From a virus (taxonomy: Duplodnaviria > Caudoviricetes), in IMG/VR virus record IMGVR_UViG_3300022173_000137, positions 449-64,448 of that record: a DNA stretch of 64,000 bases; one strand, written 5' to 3'. The notes under the pieces are model-generated. The model was given only the letters and a program-made list of their open reading frames with translations, searched no databases and was not told the origin of the DNA. Of this stretch, positions 50,464 through 59,556 are shown in pieces. Numbering within the stretch: the stretch's first letter is position 1; each line of letters begins with the position of its first letter. Position numbers and translations under genes: made by a program.

Positions 50464-50697
50464 ATGACGCTGTTGGTCCTGCGCTTTCTTTACGTGAAAC
50501 CAGGAGCGTCTCCGGCTGACATTGGGGATCTGCTCGACCTTTATCCGCGTCAGGCGGCGGGCTACATGCGACGACGAATGCTTAAAACGAAACTCATCAA
50601 GCTGAGATACCGATGGACGGGGCCGCGCAAAATGAGCATGGCCTACTATCTGTCGGCCATCGGCTTTGACGCGCTCGCCGCCAACGCCCACGTATGA
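50464..50697 (+). CDS. Small winged-helix protein
   Basis: PGASPADIGDLL...YYLSAIG; ATGA overlap with terL; start uncertain. Confidence 0.5.
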   Translation: MTLLVLRFLYVKPGASPADIGDLLDLYPRQAAGYMRRRMLKTKLIKLRYRWTGPRKMSMAYYLSAIGFDALAANAHV

Positions 50698-52727
50698 GTC
50701 GCAGGACGCGGAAAATCGACAAGGTGGTCGAGGAGGGTCTCCTTGGAGAACCCATCGATCCGCTCATCGCCAGCCTTGGCCCGGAGGACCGTGCGCTCTA
50801 CGAGGAACTCATCACGGAGCTGCGGCTGAGCGGCACCGTGCCGGACATCTGGAAGCACGACTACACCAAGCCGCCGCCCACCATCGAAGAGTTCATGGAG
50901 GACGACTTCTATCTGGGCAAGGTGCTGCGCCGGTCAGAGGAGAGTGAAGGTCTCTTCCCTGCATGGAAGACGGTGATGATGGCGGATTTCGACATCGACT
51001 CGAAGATCCACAACACGGTCATCACCGGGTCGCTGGGCATCGGCAAGACGTTCGTGGCCGTGCTCATCCTGCTCTACCGGATGACGGTCGTGACGTATCT
51101 GCGCAACCCGCAGAACTTCTTCGGCCTCTCCCGTGGCTCGAAGATCATCTACAACACGCTCTCGGTCACCAAGCGCGCCGTCACGGAAACGGCCTTCGGC
51201 GACGCCATGAACTTCATGGCGCAGTCGCCCTACTTCATCAACGAGTGCGGGTTCAACCCGGATTCGCTCTACTCCGGTGGCCGCATCGAGATCAAGAAGG
51301 TGCTGCCCGACAACCGTCGTTGCGCAATACACTTGACGGCAGGTTCAAAGGGTCAACACGTCCTGGGACGTAACGTCATCGGCGTCGTGCTGGACGAAGG
51401 CAACTTCCGTCTGGAGAAAGACCCGGACATCCGCGCCTACGAGCTGTACGACCAGATTCGTGGCCGTATCAAAAACCGTTTCCAGAAGGTCACCGGGTTC
51501 CTGCCCGCCATCTCCATCCTAGCGTCATCAGCGGCGGACGAGACCAGCTTCACCGAGCGCGTCATCGGTGACATCAACAAGGTCAACGATCCGTCCACGC
51601 AGAAGATTTACCGCTTCGCCGTTTACGAGATCAAGAAGCACGCCATCAAGTTTTCTGACAAGTGGTTCAAGGTCGCCTACGGCCTGAAGAACATTGAGCC
51701 TTACATCCTGGAAGGCTTCTACACGCCCAAGGGCGAACCCATCGGCGAGGGCCACGAGCTGCCGCCCAACGGCGCGAGCACGGAGCTGGTGCCCAGTGAC
51801 TATTACGACGACTACCGGCGCAATACCCGCAACGGCCTCATGTCGCAGTCGGGCATCAGTGTCGGCGGCAGCTTCAGGTTCCTGGCCAGCACCGTGGACC
51901 TGGAGCACTGCGTTGAGCTGTCGGCGGGCCTGGTCAACCCGGCCAAGACCGAGCTGATCCCGATGTCAGCGGAGGACGACAAGAACATCTGGGATTACCT
52001 CACACACAAGACCTTCCTCACCCGCGTGGCTTCACGCTACCAGCCGCTGCGCCACCCCAACGCCATGCGCTACGTCCACCTGGACTTGGCGACCCAGACG
52101 ATGGCGGGCCTGGGCATCTGCCACCTGGTCGGCCACCAGTTGGTCGAGGGCATCATCAAGGACGGCCAGCCGTTCAACGAATACCGGCTGGTGGTCGAAT
52201 ACGACTTCCTCCTCACCATCATCGCGGGCGAGACCAAGCCCATCAACCTGGAGAAGATCCAGCGGTTCATCTTCTGGCTGCGCGACTGGTGCGGCTATCG
52301 GTTCGGCATCGTGACGGCGGACCAATACCAGTCGGACATGCCGCTGCAAATGCTGGAGGCTGGCGGCTTCAAGGTGGGCAAGCTCTCCGTGGACCGGGAC
52401 AAGACCGTGTATAACGCGTTCCGCACGGCGGTGCAGGAATGGCGCGTCCGCATCTACCGCCAGAACCAGCTCTGGCGCGAGCTGGAGAACCTCCTGGAGA
52501 TGAACAAGAAGTTCGACCATCCGCCCACCGGCTCCAAGGACACGAGCGACGGCGCGGCAGGCGCGCTCTTCAACGCACTCAACAGCGATGAGAAGCTGAC
52601 CATCATGTCGCACGACGTTCCGGCCATCCACAAGGGACAGGTCGTGGAAACCGGCGACGACCGCCCGCCAATGGAGATTGTCGTCCCGGACAAGACCCTC
52701 ACGCGCACCATGACCTTCAAAGGCTGA
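50694..52727 (+). CDS. terL: Terminase large subunit
   Basis: Walker A ITGSLGIGKT, Walker B VVLDE, coupling motif ASS; RNase H-like VHLDLA, DQYQS, DH...KD.SD. Confidence 0.92.
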   Translation: MSRRTRKIDKVVEEGLLGEPIDPLIASLGPEDRALYEELITELRLSGTVPDIWKHDYTKPPPTIEEFMEDDFYLGKVLRRSEESEGLFPAWKTVMMADFDIDSKIHNTVITGSLGIGKTFVAVLILLYRMTVVTYLRNPQNFFGLSRGSKIIYNTLSVTKRAVTETAFGDAMNFMAQSPYFINECGFNPDSLYSGGRIEIKKVLPDNRRCAIHLTAGSKGQHVLGRNVIGVVLDEGNFRLEKDPDIRAYELYDQIRGRIKNRFQKVTGFLPAISILASSAADETSFTERVIGDINKVNDPSTQKIYRFAVYEIKKHAIKFSDKWFKVAYGLKNIEPYILEGFYTPKGEPIGEGHELPPNGASTELVPSDYYDDYRRNTRNGLMSQSGISVGGSFRFLASTVDLEHCVELSAGLVNPAKTELIPMSAEDDKNIWDYLTHKTFLTRVASRYQPLRHPNAMRYVHLDLATQTMAGLGICHLVGHQLVEGIIKDGQPFNEYRLVVEYDFLLTIIAGETKPINLEKIQRFIFWLRDWCGYRFGIVTADQYQSDMPLQMLEAGGFKVGKLSVDRDKTVYNAFRTAVQEWRVRIYRQNQLWRELENLLEMNKKFDHPPTGSKDTSDGAAGALFNALNSDEKLTIMSHDVPAIHKGQVVETGDDRPPMEIVVPDKTLTRTMTFKG

Positions 52728-52746
52728 CGATGGTGGTATTTAGGAC

Positions 52747-53067
52747 ATGGCTGGCCAGCGCATAGAGCTAACGAACTACAGTATGTTCGCAGAGACCCCT
52801 ATTTATGAGGTCGGCGGAGAGATCGTGCTTGGGCTGATGCGTGACGTGGTGGTGCCGGACAACAGCGACGTTCTCTACAACGTGCCGCCCGGTGGAACGC
52901 ACCGGCTGGACCTGATTTCCAACGAGCATTACGGCACGCCGCACCTCTGGTGGGTGATTGCCCGCGTGAACAATTTGATTGACCCGCTTGTTGGCGTTGT
53001 CTCTGGCGCAATCATCCGGGTGCCGACCCGCGCCCGGCTCGCCAGCGAGGGAATCTTGAACGTCTGA
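52747..53067 (+). CDS. LysM-like baseplate wedge / tail X-type protein
   Basis: RLDLIS..HYG...LWWVIA.VN...DP...IRVPT. Confidence 0.8.
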   Translation: MAGQRIELTNYSMFAETPIYEVGGEIVLGLMRDVVVPDNSDVLYNVPPGGTHRLDLISNEHYGTPHLWWVIARVNNLIDPLVGVVSGAIIRVPTRARLASEGILNV

Positions 53068-53070
53068 TCT

Positions 53071-53556
53071 ATGGCCTACGTGACCGAAAGCAAGCTGGCA
53101 AACATCGCCGACATTGGCGTGAACCTGCCCGCGACCGAACTCAAGCAGGGCGACTGGCTCGTCATTGCCACGGTGAAGATCGTGGCTCCCATGCGCCTGA
53201 CCTTCAAGTTCCTCAACCTCCAGATCATCAGTGCGACGGCAGACACGGACGACGTGGTGGGTGCGAACAAGGTCTTCGGCAACCTGGGCCTGGCCTACGT
53301 GGTCCTGCGCCGCGACTACACGGGCGGCAACCCCGGCGCTGCCGGTGGCCTGGACGCGGTGATCTCCAACGGCATCGGCGTCACCTCGCGCAGCGGCTCG
53401 CAGGTCAGGTTCGACACCGCAGGCTTCTACTCCTTCATCGTGGCCAACAACATGCAGGCGTCCACCGACGAGAGCGTCATCATCCCGGCCAGCACGTCCA
53501 TTGACTTCCGTCTCTCGGTCACCGGACACGCCCGCATCGAATACGACTCTCGCTAG
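53071..53556 (+). CDS. Putative tail/baseplate structural protein
   Basis: 161 aa, beta-rich; similar in outline to the next gene (LP.TEL..G...L..L.L.I). Confidence 0.6.
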   Translation: MAYVTESKLANIADIGVNLPATELKQGDWLVIATVKIVAPMRLTFKFLNLQIISATADTDDVVGANKVFGNLGLAYVVLRRDYTGGNPGAAGGLDAVISNGIGVTSRSGSQVRFDTAGFYSFIVANNMQASTDESVIIPASTSIDFRLSVTGHARIEYDSR

Positions 53557-53558
53557 AA

Positions 53559-53990
53559 ATGGCCTACATCACCCCAACACGGCTCGACCAGGTGGTCAGC
53601 CTGCCGTTCAGTCTCGCCGAGACGGAGCTGCGGCGTGGCAAGACCGTCATCGTGTGGACTCACGTCCTGGAGCGGGGCCAGCGGCTGGAGATGCGCTGCA
53701 TAAACATGCACATCAACCGCATTCTCAGCCCCGGAGTTACGCCGGAACGTGCGAACTCGTCTTTGGGTCTGTGCTCCTGCGGCCTCTACTTCGGCCCGAT
53801 GCTGACCAGCTCCGGCGCGATGATCATCAGCAGCGAGTCCGGTGTGGCCAACCAGTCGGTGACCGCGTTCAACGGGTTCAGCAAGCGCGTGTTCATCACT
53901 CCGGGCACCTACAAGATCATCCTCGCCAACAACTCGACCAACGTGGACCTGAGCATCGTGGTGTCCGGCGCGGCTAAACTGCACTTCTAA
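53559..53990 (+). CDS. Putative tail/baseplate structural protein
   Basis: 143 aa; MAY(V/I)T start and F.TPG.Y..I.ANN shared with 53071. Confidence 0.6.
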   Translation: MAYITPTRLDQVVSLPFSLAETELRRGKTVIVWTHVLERGQRLEMRCINMHINRILSPGVTPERANSSLGLCSCGLYFGPMLTSSGAMIISSESGVANQSVTAFNGFSKRVFITPGTYKIILANNSTNVDLSIVVSGAAKLHF

Positions 53991-56900
53991 TGGCTGAGAA
54001 TCTCGAATCTGCTTTGGTGATCGTCCTGCGTGAGACGATCCCGTGGGAGTCTGCCCTGGACGCACCGGCCAGCGGCACGCTCACCCAGGTCGATCCGGCT
54101 GCGCCCATCAACCCGCTGGACTACCAGTTCCGCGACCGCCAGCTCGCCCACCGCGATCTCATCACCGCCGCCGCCATCATCGAGGTCTCGATGGAGGTGT
54201 CCGATGTCTGGAACTACCAGACCACGCGACCACGCCTGCAAGGCCCGGCTGTCACGGCGCTGCCCTTTGCCGACAGTGAGTTCCTCTTTGAAGGCACGCA
54301 CCCGACCGTGACGAGCCAGGTGCGCCACGTCGGCCAGACCAGCGTGCCCTACGCGGCCTTCCACGCGGCGGACAAGGATCTCTACGCCCGCGACCTCATC
54401 ATCTACGAGGTGCTGGCCCGTGCCTCCCAGGAAATCTTCAGCTCGTCGCCACCCATCACCCCGATCACCACGCAGGGCACGATCCCCTCCACGGCCATCT
54501 GGAGCCTGGCGGAAGGCACGCACGCCCAGCGCGACATCAACGCAGCGCATCCGCTCAACCGCGACCTCTTCAAGCTGCCCGACCAGAACCTGGCCGACCG
54601 CGACAACCAGCTCGCCGGTTACGCGGCCCGCGTGGTGGCGGCGCTGCGCAATCCGTTCGTGGCGGCAGAGCGGCTCTACGTGCGCCTGCGCGGCCTGGAG
54701 GAGCGTGAGCCGGAGGTGTACGTCTTCCAGCGCAACGACTGGATCTCTGGTGACCTTTACCAGCAGGCCGAGGAGGTCTTCTACCTCGACCAGTTCTACC
54801 GGGCGCTCTTCGACAGCTTTGAGCCGCCGTCCAATGCGCTGTACTGGCTGCCGCTGGGGAGCACACCCTCGCGCCGCGAGTATCTGATGGAGCCGACCCT
54901 GGCCCGGCGCAACCGCCTCGTCTATGACGTGGAGGCACAGACGCTCCAGTGGTCCCGCGAGTCCACCGACCTGCTGCACATCCCACAGCTCTTCGCCTTC
55001 TCCATCCCCAGCATCGTGGACGGCCAGACGCTCGACACGCTTGCCCAGGTGCCTGACGAGAAGGACGTGATGTTCTGGCGGCTCAAGGCCGGTCAGATTG
55101 TTCCGGTCGGCTTTGAACAGGTGGATGTGACGGCTGTCACGTTCACGGCCAATGACACGGTGGAGGGTGGCTACACCCAGCGCGAAGCCGCGTCGCTCAC
55201 CGTGCCCGACACGCTGAACATTCAGTTTCCCGGTGCAGCTGTACAGAATGGCAACTACCGGGTCAGCGTCCTGGTCGAGCCGTCGCCCGTGGTCGAGATC
55301 ATCGGCGCGCAGAACATCTCCGGCACGAGCGGCACCCTGGCGGGCGCGACCTTCCAGACCAACGTCTCCAGCGGCAACATCCAGACCGGCGTCCTTTACA
55401 TCGTCAGTGGCGGCGGTGGTACGACCTACAACGGCGTCTTCTACCGACCTGGCGACACCTTCACCGGCCTGTCGGGCGTCACCGACCACTCGCCGCTGGA
55501 TGACTCGCAGGTCCGTCAGTTGAGCCTGGCCTTCCGCCTCGCGCTCCCACGAGGCACCTGGTCCATGCGGATGGACTACGCCAACCTCGCGGCCAGCGTC
55601 ACGGGCTTCGGCGTCAAGATGCTCTACTCGCCTCAAGGTCGCTCGGCCATCTCCATCCTGGAGGATACGGTGCCGCTCCCCTACATGGACGAGAATGGCG
55701 ACCCGCTGCCGCTGGGCACACTCGTCACCAGCCAGGAGTTTGGCTTCGACATTGCGGACGGCAACGAGTTCACGCTGCCCATCACCTGGACCACCGACGA
55801 GGGCCAGTTGCACATCCGTCAGTTGACCTTCACGCGCACGGACCAGACCGAAGCCTACTACGACATGTCCGGCACGCTGGGCATCGGCAGGGGTGTCGGC
55901 AGCTTCTCCGCAGGAGCGAACCTGAGCGTCACTGGCCAGGCGTTCATGCCGGACGTGATGACGTTCGACTTCACGAACACCGGCAGCATCGCCGTCCCCA
56001 TCAGCTTTGCGCTGGCGCTCACCAACGACACGACGATTCCGCTGCAAGTGAAGCAGCTCCAGATTCAGACCATCGGCACCTACACGCCGACGCCTGCGTC
56101 CGAGAGCTTCCAAGGGTTCCGCCAAGAGATGGTGGACCGGGTGGAGCGCATCTGTCAGCAGAGCTTCAACCGTGCAGTCGAAGCCTACGGCACGCGCATC
56201 CCGGAGTTTCGCAGCACCGGCAGCGTCTGGAGCCAGTATTCGACCGAGGAGTGGATGGCGTTCATCGAGACCAAGCAGCCGCGCCTGCGCGAGATCGACA
56301 CCATCGCGGGCGGCAACCTCATCCCGCGCCGCCAGTATGAGGTGACGGTCGGGCCGGTGACCTACAACTCGGTGTCCTACGACGTGGGCGACAAGTTCAC
56401 AGGCGTCGAAGGCCAGACCACCTACACAGGCGATGGCACCATCGGCCAAGTAGGCTGCTTCATGCGCGCTGGTCCGGGCCACGTCGGCAAGCCTGCGCTC
56501 ATTCCTTTGGGCCTGGAGTTCGACTTCGTGGGCGGCACGGTGAACGCAGTAGAAGGTCCGACCCGTTGCAGCCCCAACGTCGTGGCGCTGATGCCCTGGA
56601 TGCTCGACGTGGGCGTCTATGTCGCGGGTCCAGAGCTGTGGATGCCTGACCAGTTGATTGCAGTGCCCAAGGTCGAGATCGAGGAGCTTCTCTCGCCAGA
56701 CGTGCGCGTGATCGTGACCGACAGCGGCTCGATGGCGGTGAATCTCCTGTCCGGCTCCCAGTTCCTTTACGTGAACGAGGACGCCTCGGCCAGCGCCGTA
56801 GGTCTCTTCAGCGGCTCAATGATCCTTGGCATTGTCGATTCTGGCACGATGCCAGATTCCGGCACGATGTCGGCCTCCATCTTCGACGGCACTTATTTCA

Positions 56901-57127
56901 GCGTCATCGCTCATGCAGGCACCATGTCGATGACAGGAACGCTGACGACCTCGCTCTTCGACGGCACTTATTTCAGCGCCATTGTCAGCAGCGGCACGTT
57001 TACCGACACCGGAACCCTGGTCACCAGCGTGTACGACGGCACTTATGTCCTCACCGCCATTTCCGCTGGCACTTACTCAGAAACGGGAACGCACTCAGTC
57101 GGGTTCTTCAGTGGGACACTCAGCTAG
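53990..57127 (+). CDS. Large tail/baseplate protein with C-terminal 25-aa repeats
   Basis: 1045 aa, Thr/Gly/Ser-rich, within the tail operon. Confidence 0.7.
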   Translation: MAENLESALVIVLRETIPWESALDAPASGTLTQVDPAAPINPLDYQFRDRQLAHRDLITAAAIIEVSMEVSDVWNYQTTRPRLQGPAVTALPFADSEFLFEGTHPTVTSQVRHVGQTSVPYAAFHAADKDLYARDLIIYEVLARASQEIFSSSPPITPITTQGTIPSTAIWSLAEGTHAQRDINAAHPLNRDLFKLPDQNLADRDNQLAGYAARVVAALRNPFVAAERLYVRLRGLEEREPEVYVFQRNDWISGDLYQQAEEVFYLDQFYRALFDSFEPPSNALYWLPLGSTPSRREYLMEPTLARRNRLVYDVEAQTLQWSRESTDLLHIPQLFAFSIPSIVDGQTLDTLAQVPDEKDVMFWRLKAGQIVPVGFEQVDVTAVTFTANDTVEGGYTQREAASLTVPDTLNIQFPGAAVQNGNYRVSVLVEPSPVVEIIGAQNISGTSGTLAGATFQTNVSSGNIQTGVLYIVSGGGGTTYNGVFYRPGDTFTGLSGVTDHSPLDDSQVRQLSLAFRLALPRGTWSMRMDYANLAASVTGFGVKMLYSPQGRSAISILEDTVPLPYMDENGDPLPLGTLVTSQEFGFDIADGNEFTLPITWTTDEGQLHIRQLTFTRTDQTEAYYDMSGTLGIGRGVGSFSAGANLSVTGQAFMPDVMTFDFTNTGSIAVPISFALALTNDTTIPLQVKQLQIQTIGTYTPTPASESFQGFRQEMVDRVERICQQSFNRAVEAYGTRIPEFRSTGSVWSQYSTEEWMAFIETKQPRLREIDTIAGGNLIPRRQYEVTVGPVTYNSVSYDVGDKFTGVEGQTTYTGDGTIGQVGCFMRAGPGHVGKPALIPLGLEFDFVGGTVNAVEGPTRCSPNVVALMPWMLDVGVYVAGPELWMPDQLIAVPKVEIEELLSPDVRVIVTDSGSMAVNLLSGSQFLYVNEDASASAVGLFSGSMILGIVDSGTMPDSGTMSASIFDGTYFSVIAHAGTMSMTGTLTTSLFDGTYFSAIVSSGTFTDTGTLVTSVYDGTYVLTAISAGTYSETGTHSVGFFSGTLS
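56860..57124 (+). repeat. 25-aa (75-bp) coding repeats S.FDGTY.S....GT...TGT
   Basis: (F/Y)DGTY codons start at 56882, 56957 and 57032. Confidence 0.8.
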
Positions 57128-57135
57128 TTAAGACG

Positions 57136-58377
57136 ATGAACGCAACCGGCCACACTCACACTCACGCCAGCGGACGGGCACGCTGGCTGATCGTTGACTC
57201 CAAGACGAAGAAGATCGTCCGCCAGTCAGACTGGAACAACAACATCATCCTCAACAACGGGATGGACGCCGTGGCAGCGCGTGCCTGGTGTACCAACTTC
57301 GAGTATGCCACAGTCGGTACCGGCGCGGTGCCAACCTACCGGACCAACGGCACGGTCACGGCCACCCAGTCTGGTTCCATCGTCACGTTGTCCACGACCG
57401 ACACGACCTTCTCCGCTGGTGACGTGGCGAACATGCTGAAGTGGACGGGCGGCAACAGCGATGAGCGCCGCATCGTCTCCACCCTGAACGGCACCCAGGT
57501 CACGGTCACACCTGCAACGCCCGACGCGAACAGTGGTGCGGCATCCACGTTCCACGTCTTCCATACTAACCAGACAGGTCTGACCGTGGAGGTGAAGCGC
57601 AGCAACACCTACCTGGTCAGCGCCCCGAACTGCCAGTCGGTCTTGAGCGGCAACTTGCTGCGTCATCGCCGCACCTACGACTTCACTTCGGAAGCTTCAC
57701 CCATCACCTATCGTGAAATCGGATTCTCGTGGGCGTCCAGTGGTGCCAACACGCACTTCTCGCGCATTGTCCTGGCCAGTCCGCCCGCGCTCATCGCAGG
57801 CCAGCAGTTGCGCGTGGTGTACGACCTCAATCTCTACATCTCTCCGGCCATTCCAAACGCTGTGTCCTCCAACGTCTCTGGCTGGCCCGTCGCACCTGCG
57901 GTAAACCAGAACGGCACGCAGCAGTTCCAACGGATTGGACTGTCTGGAGTCACCGCCTTAAATGGTGTGACAGGTGATTTTGACATCGCCCGTCAGGTCA
58001 GTGAGCCAAGCAACTCCCACACCACATCCGAGCGGTTCTGGATCAGCACCAGCAGTGCGGCAGTGACTGCTATAGGAATAGCTCCGGTTGATCGCAATCT
58101 GGCGTCGGCTGGACTTCAAACCAACGCGGCTGCCCCGGACACCTACGTCAGCCTCAACTTCTACCGCGACAAGTTCGGCATTTTCACGGTCGGCCAGGCC
58201 AACTCCACGCAGATCCGCTCCATCGGCGTTGGCAGCAACAGCAACGGCGCGTTCTCGGAATATCAGAACTACGGCTACGTGTTCGTGTGGGACTCGGCTC
58301 AGACCAAGGACAGCGAGCACACCCTGACCTTCCGCCTCCGCCAGACCTGGAGCCGCAACTTGGTCGCCTTCCCGTAA
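57136..58377 (+). CDS. Tail fibre/baseplate-type protein, paralogue 1
   Basis: NIILNNGMD, EVKRSNTY, RRTYDF, EIGFSWA, FSRIV, GQQLRVVYDL. Confidence 0.75.
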   Translation: MNATGHTHTHASGRARWLIVDSKTKKIVRQSDWNNNIILNNGMDAVAARAWCTNFEYATVGTGAVPTYRTNGTVTATQSGSIVTLSTTDTTFSAGDVANMLKWTGGNSDERRIVSTLNGTQVTVTPATPDANSGAASTFHVFHTNQTGLTVEVKRSNTYLVSAPNCQSVLSGNLLRHRRTYDFTSEASPITYREIGFSWASSGANTHFSRIVLASPPALIAGQQLRVVYDLNLYISPAIPNAVSSNVSGWPVAPAVNQNGTQQFQRIGLSGVTALNGVTGDFDIARQVSEPSNSHTTSERFWISTSSAAVTAIGIAPVDRNLASAGLQTNAAAPDTYVSLNFYRDKFGIFTVGQANSTQIRSIGVGSNSNGAFSEYQNYGYVFVWDSAQTKDSEHTLTFRLRQTWSRNLVAFP

Positions 58378-58380
58378 GCT

Positions 58381-59556
58381 ATGAACATCCATCAAAAAGC
58401 GTCCGGCAAGATGTACTGGGCCATCTGCGATGGGGTGACCGGGAAACCTGTGTCGGAGTCCGGCTGGGTCAAAAACCTGATCCTCAACAACGGACTCGAC
58501 CAGGTGGCGACCCGGAGCTGGTGCAACTGCTTCACGTATTGTGTGGCAGGAGGTGGCACTACGGCCAGCAGCATCAGCAGCGGGGCCATCACGGCCACCC
58601 AGGTCGGGGCCAACGTATCGGCGAGCGGGGCCATCTTCACCAGTGCGATGGTGGGCGACATGATCGCCTGGGACGGTGGAGAAGAGCGGCGCATCCTTAC
58701 GTTCGTCGATGACCAGCACGTCACGGTCACGCCAAGCACGCCCAACGCGTCCACGGACACGTTCACCATCTGGAACACGTCGCGCAACAATCTCGACGCC
58801 GAGGTCCAGCGGTCCAACAGCTATCAGACCGGCGCACCCAACTGCGAGTCCAGCCGCACCGGCTCCATCTTGCATCACCGCCGAACCTACGACTTCCCGG
58901 TCGAAGTTGGCAACGTCACCTACGGCGAGATTGGCTTCTCCTGGGCTGCCAGTGGGCTGAGCACCATCTTCTCGCGCATCGTTCCGCCTGCCATCCCTGT
59001 CCTGGCCGGGCAGTTCCTGCGCATCGTTTACGAGCTGGCGCTCACGCTATCGCCCACGCTGCCAAGTCACATTGACCCTGCGGTTGGCGGCTGGCCGGTG
59101 CTGCCTGCTACCGCCAAGGATGGTGACGAGATGCTGCAATACTGCGGCATGTCCTCCATCGCCTCCACGGGAGCCACTACGACCTTTGATACGGGACTCA
59201 TCACCAACGAGCCTTCGTCCTCCGGGTCTGACTGTCTGGTGTTCCTCTCCACGTCGAGCGCAGCCTTGAGCACCTTCCCTGGCGAGGTTGACCGCTCGGC
59301 AGGTGGGCAGGCCGCTGTCAACACGTCGCCGCTGCCTTACACGTCGCTGAGCTTCGTGCAGGACAAGGAATGCACCTTCAGCGTGGGCCAGGCAAACAGC
59401 AACGGGCTGCGCTCCTTGGGCACCAGTGTTGGAACGCTCGGCAACGAATATAAGAAAATCGGCTGGTGCGTGCTCTTCGATGAAGCACAGACCAAGCTCA
59501 ACACCCATCTTCTGACCTTCACCATCCGCTACTCGTGGGGTCGCACTCTCGCATGA
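58381..59556 (+). CDS. Tail fibre/baseplate-type protein, paralogue 2
   Basis: NLILNNGLD, EVQRSNSY, RRTYDF, EIGFSWA, FSRIV, GQFLRIVYEL. Confidence 0.75.
   Translation: MNIHQKASGKMYWAICDGVTGKPVSESGWVKNLILNNGLDQVATRSWCNCFTYCVAGGGTTASSISSGAITATQVGANVSASGAIFTSAMVGDMIAWDGGEERRILTFVDDQHVTVTPSTPNASTDTFTIWNTSRNNLDAEVQRSNSYQTGAPNCESSRTGSILHHRRTYDFPVEVGNVTYGEIGFSWAASGLSTIFSRIVPPAIPVLAGQFLRIVYELALTLSPTLPSHIDPAVGGWPVLPATAKDGDEMLQYCGMSSIASTGATTTFDTGLITNEPSSSGSDCLVFLSTSSAALSTFPGEVDRSAGGQAAVNTSPLPYTSLSFVQDKECTFSVGQANSNGLRSLGTSVGTLGNEYKKIGWCVLFDEAQTKLNTHLLTFTIRYSWGRTLA

Noticed and set aside
32099-52727. Inteins or introns in polA, dnaB or terL
   Set aside because: The motifs are contiguous, with no splice-junction motifs or LAGLIDADG inserts visible.
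53987-56482. 831-aa minus-strand ORF
   Set aside because: It is a shadow of the 1045-aa tail protein.
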